From: Azolla caroliniana
Taxonomy: Eukaryota > Plantae > Polypodiophyta
Reading direction: 5' to 3'
Assembly: GCA_043228905.1 (NCBI GenBank)
Contig: JBHGNT010000015.1
Coordinates: forward strand, 5,084,001-5,148,000
Length of the DNA: 64,000 nt
Position 1 is the first letter of the stretch. The number at the start of each line of letters is the position of its first letter. Position numbers and translations under genes: made by a program. Positions 58,853-64,000 of this stretch are shown piece after piece. The notes under the pieces are model-generated. The model was not told the origin of the DNA. It saw only the letters and a list, made by a program, of their open reading frames with translations, and did no database searches.

Positions 58853-59500
58853 TAATTGGGTCTATGCTTTCCACAATAGTGTGTGGATATGTATATTGTA
58901 ATGGGTTCAACTTTATCTACGAAAAGGGCCCACATAAAGTTTCTACTTATCGGTTCTAAAACACCCTTCTTATTACTATTTTTGTTTTTTTCGAGATATA
59001 CTAAAAAGAACATCGAGCAAGAAAGAAAAGAGAGAGATAGAAGATAGAAGTAGAGTAGGCAGCTATTATTCTTGCCCTGATCGATGACCAAGTGACCTCC
59101 TATTGTCGCCAAAGTTGTTCCTGATACTATCTTCTTCAAATCCAACGGCTGGATTATTGTTTTGATTTCTCTATCTTCATAGATTTTGCTCTGATCAAAA
59201 TTTATGAATTTGTGAAATTTGCGACTATATATGATGATTTGTAGAGATTTGTTGATCCAAGAACTTACCTTGAAGATTGTAAAGCCACTAGTTTTGTACT
59301 AGAGATGAAAACCTTTTGTAACCACTGGATTATTATTTATTAGTGGCGTTTTGGTGCCGTTGTGAACGGTCCCGTGGTTTTTCCTCACATCGGGGTTTTT
59401 CACGTAAATCTCGTGTCTCTTTGGTCATTTGTTTGTTAGTGTTTCATTCTGGAGTTTCTTGCTAAATTGCTGTCGAGATTAGTTTGGTTTCATTATGATC
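58853..59500 (+). mobile_element. Degenerate LTR-like fragment
   Basis: Contains CCCGTGGTTTTTCC...GGGGTTTTTCACGTAAATCTCGTGTC (U5-type motif). Its start resembles the reverse end of the 3348-4507 LTR. No TSD found. Confidence 0.4.
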
Positions 59501-59699
59501 TTATATTTTAAAACACAAGTGGGGAAAAGATGTATTAGCTTCCATGTGGAATAGTGGTATTGTCTTGGGCTTCCCCAAGAGATTAAGTGTTCGATATAAT
59601 CATATAAGGTAAAGATTGGATCCATGGAAGAAGAAGTTTCGAAGTGCCGATACAAGAAAAAGGAGAGTGCAAGTAATAAGAAAAACACCAGAGCCATGT

Positions 59700-60006
59700 C
59701 AGGTTCACCTTATTCTTTTTGAAGCAATGCATTGGCTTTGTTTTAGAAAACTTTGCTCTGTTTTTTGAAAACTTGAATGGGATAATGAATCACAAGGGAG
59801 ATCTTGGGAGGCTTATGATGACCAAGGCAATGATACCATCAATCTAAGGCTCATGGTTCACTTCTTTTTATTGAAGTGATGCATAGGCTTTGTTTTAGAA
59901 AACTCTGCTCTGTTTTCGAAAACTTCAATTGGGTAATGAATCAAAAGAGATCTTCGGAGGCTTATGATGATCAAAGGCATTGAAGCCGTCAATCCTCGAC
60001 TCATGA
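59700..60006. repeat. Diverged ~152-bp tandem duplication downstream of ERD4/OSCA3 paralog 2
   Basis: GGCTTTGTTTTAGAAAACT.TGCTCTGTTTT...GAGATCTT.GGAGGCTTATGATGA occurs twice. Confidence 0.8.
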
Positions 60007-60217
60007 ACGGAATCAAGGATACAACAAGAGAATTGAGTAACAAGCAAGCTATAGGTATGTATGATACAACAACAGAAAGGTGAATTGGAAGGTGACCGTT
60101 ACACTACCAAGGGCTGTGAATTGGAAAAGAAGCACCTTACATATATACATATAATACAAGCCAAAAAAGTGATGAGAATCTTCATCAACACTAATGCAAA
60201 TGGGTTTCTGCCAGCAA

Positions 60218-63200
60218 CTACTCTGGCCCTTCATCCATATCATTTAAATCACTCTGAGCATCCTCAACATCACTCAGAACGTCCTCAAGATCATGTTTCC
60301 GACGCTTGGGGGTGAGGTAGGCTGGGGTATAAGCTTTAACTATCGAGTCGATAGAAGAAGGATTAATTTGCTCCCCATAAGTAGCATAGAGAGGAGACAC
60401 TTGGAAAGATGGGTAGAAGAACTCTCTACATATGTATGCGAAAATGAGAGTCGCCACGATAGGCGGCATCAGTAATGGCACATACACGAACTGCTTGAGT
60501 CCGAAATAGCCCAGCATCGTGAGTTGGGATAAGAGGAGAGACGCTACTATCCGGGAATGGATGTGAGGCCACATCTTACCTCCGCTCTCGTACTTTGGCA
60601 CCATCACATTCAATGCCTACAGAGAAGTAGTCAATAATATTAGACACAAAGAAGGGCTTAAGTACTAAGCAATGCTTCATATTTCCTATCCCCCAAAGGG
60701 GCATTATCATTTCCTGACAAATTAGAATGTCTTATAGCCTCCTCATTGTCAGAGAGCATGTAATGCTCTGACTTACTGTAAACATACTTGCCGCATCCAT
60801 ATCCATTAATCTAAACATCAAATTAGATGTATACTACACGTATGTAATCTTCTGACTTAATCTAAACATACTTGCTGCATCCATATGGATTCATATAAAC
60901 ATCTAATTAGATGTATAGTACAAGTATACAAACCAGTAGATACATATGGTATACATCCCCAAATTAGATGCACATGTAGCATTTAGCATGCAACCCAGGA
61001 TTAATATATTCATGGCATTCTTATTTAATTCTATCCGATGACTCCCCCGGATTGGCCTTACCTGATTCCGCATGAACAGCCAACCCAGCCCGAAGTAGAG
61101 GATGGAAAATACTAAAATCAGTGGTGCGATGACTGCATAGCAAAACGTGATTGTCAGGATGAGCATATCTGTTGGGATGCTAGTTCCGTATTTGAAAGCC
61201 TTTGGACGCAAGGCTTTCTTGATTTCAGCATTCGACCTAATCCACCCACACCTCTTCTTCAAATGAAATCTGATGAACGGGACTAGCCTCGAGAATGTCA
61301 TGCCATAACCCACAAAGAACCTGCACATTGTGAATAAGCCATTAGATATCATCTGAGTATATTACCGCCCCGCATTAGCCTTTCAATTTGTTAATTCTTG
61401 TTTTTGCTCATGATGTGTTCTTATCTCCCCCTCCTCATATATTCTACACACACATATGGTTGAATTGCGATTTCTATCCGCTCTCACGTCTGCACGCACG
61501 GATTTCAGTTTGGACATAGTTGATCATTGTTTTCCATAGCAAAGAAAATGGTTTAGGATTCAATTTAGGCTTTAGACTTTAGTGCATACCCACAAACCAA
61601 ACCATTTTGCTTTAGACATGGAAAAGAAACAGACACATAAATGACATTAGAGGAGAGAGATTAGAGACTTACGTGAGGGCCACAAATGAGATGAAGAAAT
61701 TGGCTTGCCCAGGGAGGGATTCACTTAGCAGTGCGACTACGGTTTTCGGACGATTGAGGATACTTTTGAGGGAGCTGAACAGGCTTCCTGCTAAAGTCAC
61801 ACCCAAGAAGACATTAAGAACATTGAAGTAGAAGAATTTGCCGGCAGATGCCCTATCACGCTGGCTTTTCGAAAGAATCCCCTCCATTTCTGAGATCCTC
61901 GAGAGCACGAATGGAAGGATGTAAATGAAGACAACCAGAACAATCTGAGGTAAAAATGCTTGGAGTACTGCATTGACTGATGGGATATCCACCAGAGGAG
62001 CTAGGAATGGTAGCTTCAGCTTCAAGTTATCGAGGGAGATAATGGCCGACACGAATGTTATGGGGATCATGTAGAAGAAGATTGTGAGCGAGACCGTGAA
62101 ATAGACTCCCGTTTGTCGAAGGAGCCTTTGTTCAAATGGTATCGCCAGGTTTGTCCAAATCACTTCTCTCGGCTCAGGGGCCACAGAGGTAATCCATTGG
62201 TTTGCATAAAGGCTATGCCTAACCTGCAACAATAAATAAAGACCAGGTTACACTAGAACATTAAATCAGACTACTGGTTGAATTTTAAAAGACCAGTTGA
62301 TGGCAGAACATGCATTAAGATGCACAAAGCATGAGTTAATTCTTGAGTAAGAATATGTTTGTACCTGAGATGCAGTAGTGGCAGCTGCTCTGCTATTAAA
62401 AATGACGATCGCAGCGGCTTTCTGAGTCTTGGAGCTTGCATTAGATCTTCGTTCCTCCTCAAGATCTTCTTCATTCTTCTGCTGTTGTGCTCTGTAGTAA
62501 TCAATGGAGTCTACTTGAGGTCCAAAAAGACCTAGAAATCCAGTCCTATGTTTAGGTCTGGTCTTCTTGTCCACAAAGGTTGCCTCCAGATGAGCAAGTG
62601 TTTTCTTAGCACTCTGTCCCATTTTCCAGAACATAAAAGCCTGAAATGGTACACACAAGACATACTTTTTCATGGAGCATCGCCAAAGATAGTGGCTAAT
62701 GGTTTCTTTGTAAAACGCTTACCCACACAACAACCCTAAACCCTAACGGTGTCTTTTGAAAAGCCATGTTTATTACTAGACTCTAATACAGAGAAAAAAC
62801 CTAATGGTTTCTTCTCAGAAAGGAAGAACAGGGGGAGATTATGACTTCCTAATAGATAATACATACCTTGGATCCATATGTGACAACGATGGAGGCCTGA
62901 TATGTTCCTGGATGCAGATCTCTGAAGTATTTGTCCACCTCTTCAGCTATGGTGCCCTTGGTAGGGGCAGGGATATCCCTCACCAGAACAGCATATTCCT
63001 CTGGTTTTGCTGTCTGAATGTCAGATTTGTCGTTAATTCTTAAGGTCACAACATGCTTGTAGGTTTTCCAGAGTCTATGCAGAGTGGCTATGGTGAGCCA
63101 GTAAGCTCCAATTACGTAGGCCCACAGACGTAAACTCCTATCCTGTATCAGTCAAAAACCAACAGTTTCAATCCAGCGGTCCTTTCATAAAATTATTTCC

Positions 63201-63882
63201 ATTCCGTTTCTCTTTCTGTAGAGTCCTTGTTACGTATATATATATATATATATCATTACCTGCACATTCCCCATGGCGACCTTGTCGAAATCAGTGGACC
63301 CAACCGTCGAATTTTTCTGTTTCTGAAGCTCGAAATTCCGATCGGTTATGGAAACAGGAAGCAGCACGGGCACGCAGAAGACTGCCGTGTACAGGCAAAT
63401 GAAGAAGGCTGAAAGCAATCACAATCATAGAAAAAAGAATAAGAAGTTAATGGAATGAATCGAGCCAGAATGCGACTCTAAATCCAGGAATAACATAAGA
63501 ATGCTCGCAGTATATCGAAGGCCATTAGATTGCACGGGTGGAAAACACAGGCTGGCTTAATACGATTGAAACACTCAGGGATTTCAAGAAATTGACATAG
63601 ATTTTTAGATTTAAATTAGGTACCAGATGCAAGGAACTTCATGTAAATGGCAGCATCCAAGCCGGCCTGCTTGATGATGTCTTCCTCAGTAATAGACCAA
63701 GCTTCGTGTAGCCATGAGAAGATGCCAGAATTGTAAGGAGGAGAGATCTTCTTGGCTTTCTTCCGAGGGTAGTAGATGGGACCATTGGCAGGGCTGCGGG
63801 AGAGCAGGGCATGGAGGGCGAGGAGTGCGAGGAAGATGAGAAAAGAAGTGCTGAGAGAAGTGATGAAGCCTGAGTTATCCAT
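60218..63882 (-). CDS. ERD4: ERD4/OSCA3-type CSC1-like channel, paralog 2; 7 exons, 722 aa
   Basis: Exons 63882-63624, 63408-63260, 63142-62867, 62640-62365, 62223-61673, 61320-61062 and 60616-60218. Exons 1-6 have the same lengths as in paralog 1 (259/149/276/276/551/259). GT-AG introns, open frame (2169 nt). Confidence 0.93.
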
Positions 63883-64000
63883 GGCAGCTGCAGCAACAAA
63901 AGATCAAGCTTCTCTCATTCAAGAAGAAGAAGATGAAGAAGAAGCAGGAGATTGAGGTCCTGAGCTATGGCTATGGCTATGGCTATAGGATATTTAAGTG

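Overview
Eukaryotic land-plant genomic DNA: spliceosomal introns, plant-type retroelements and (GA)n microsatellites; a non-seed plant such as a fern is plausible but cannot be shown from this window. The only host genes are a small ERD4/OSCA3-type (CSC1-like, hyperosmolality/mechano-gated Ca2+ channel) cluster. It has two intact 7-exon paralogs facing tail-to-tail (23550-27023 +, 60218-63882 -) and a broken third copy (about 2385-4950 +). Left of the first gene are solo LTRs, a GA-tailed ~300-bp repeat and three head-to-tail L1-type LINEs joined by GA-rich tracts. The 33 kb between the two genes is a nested retrotransposon stack. An old Tat-like gypsy hosts a chromovirus (28065-35084) and a copia (38291-57732). 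The copia hosts an intact Tat-type element with an extra RNase H (41440-48440) and an inverted second chromovirus copy (48960-55919). The most notable observations are: a 119-bp fixed-spacing dyad motif shared by two LINE 5' UTRs and an unrelated LTR; apparent GA-tract-linked LINE/SINE-like stacking; non-canonical LTR termini (TG..TA, TG..GA); and a repeat-spacer hairpin array plus a tRNA-like box in the chromovirus leader. All alignments were done by eye.
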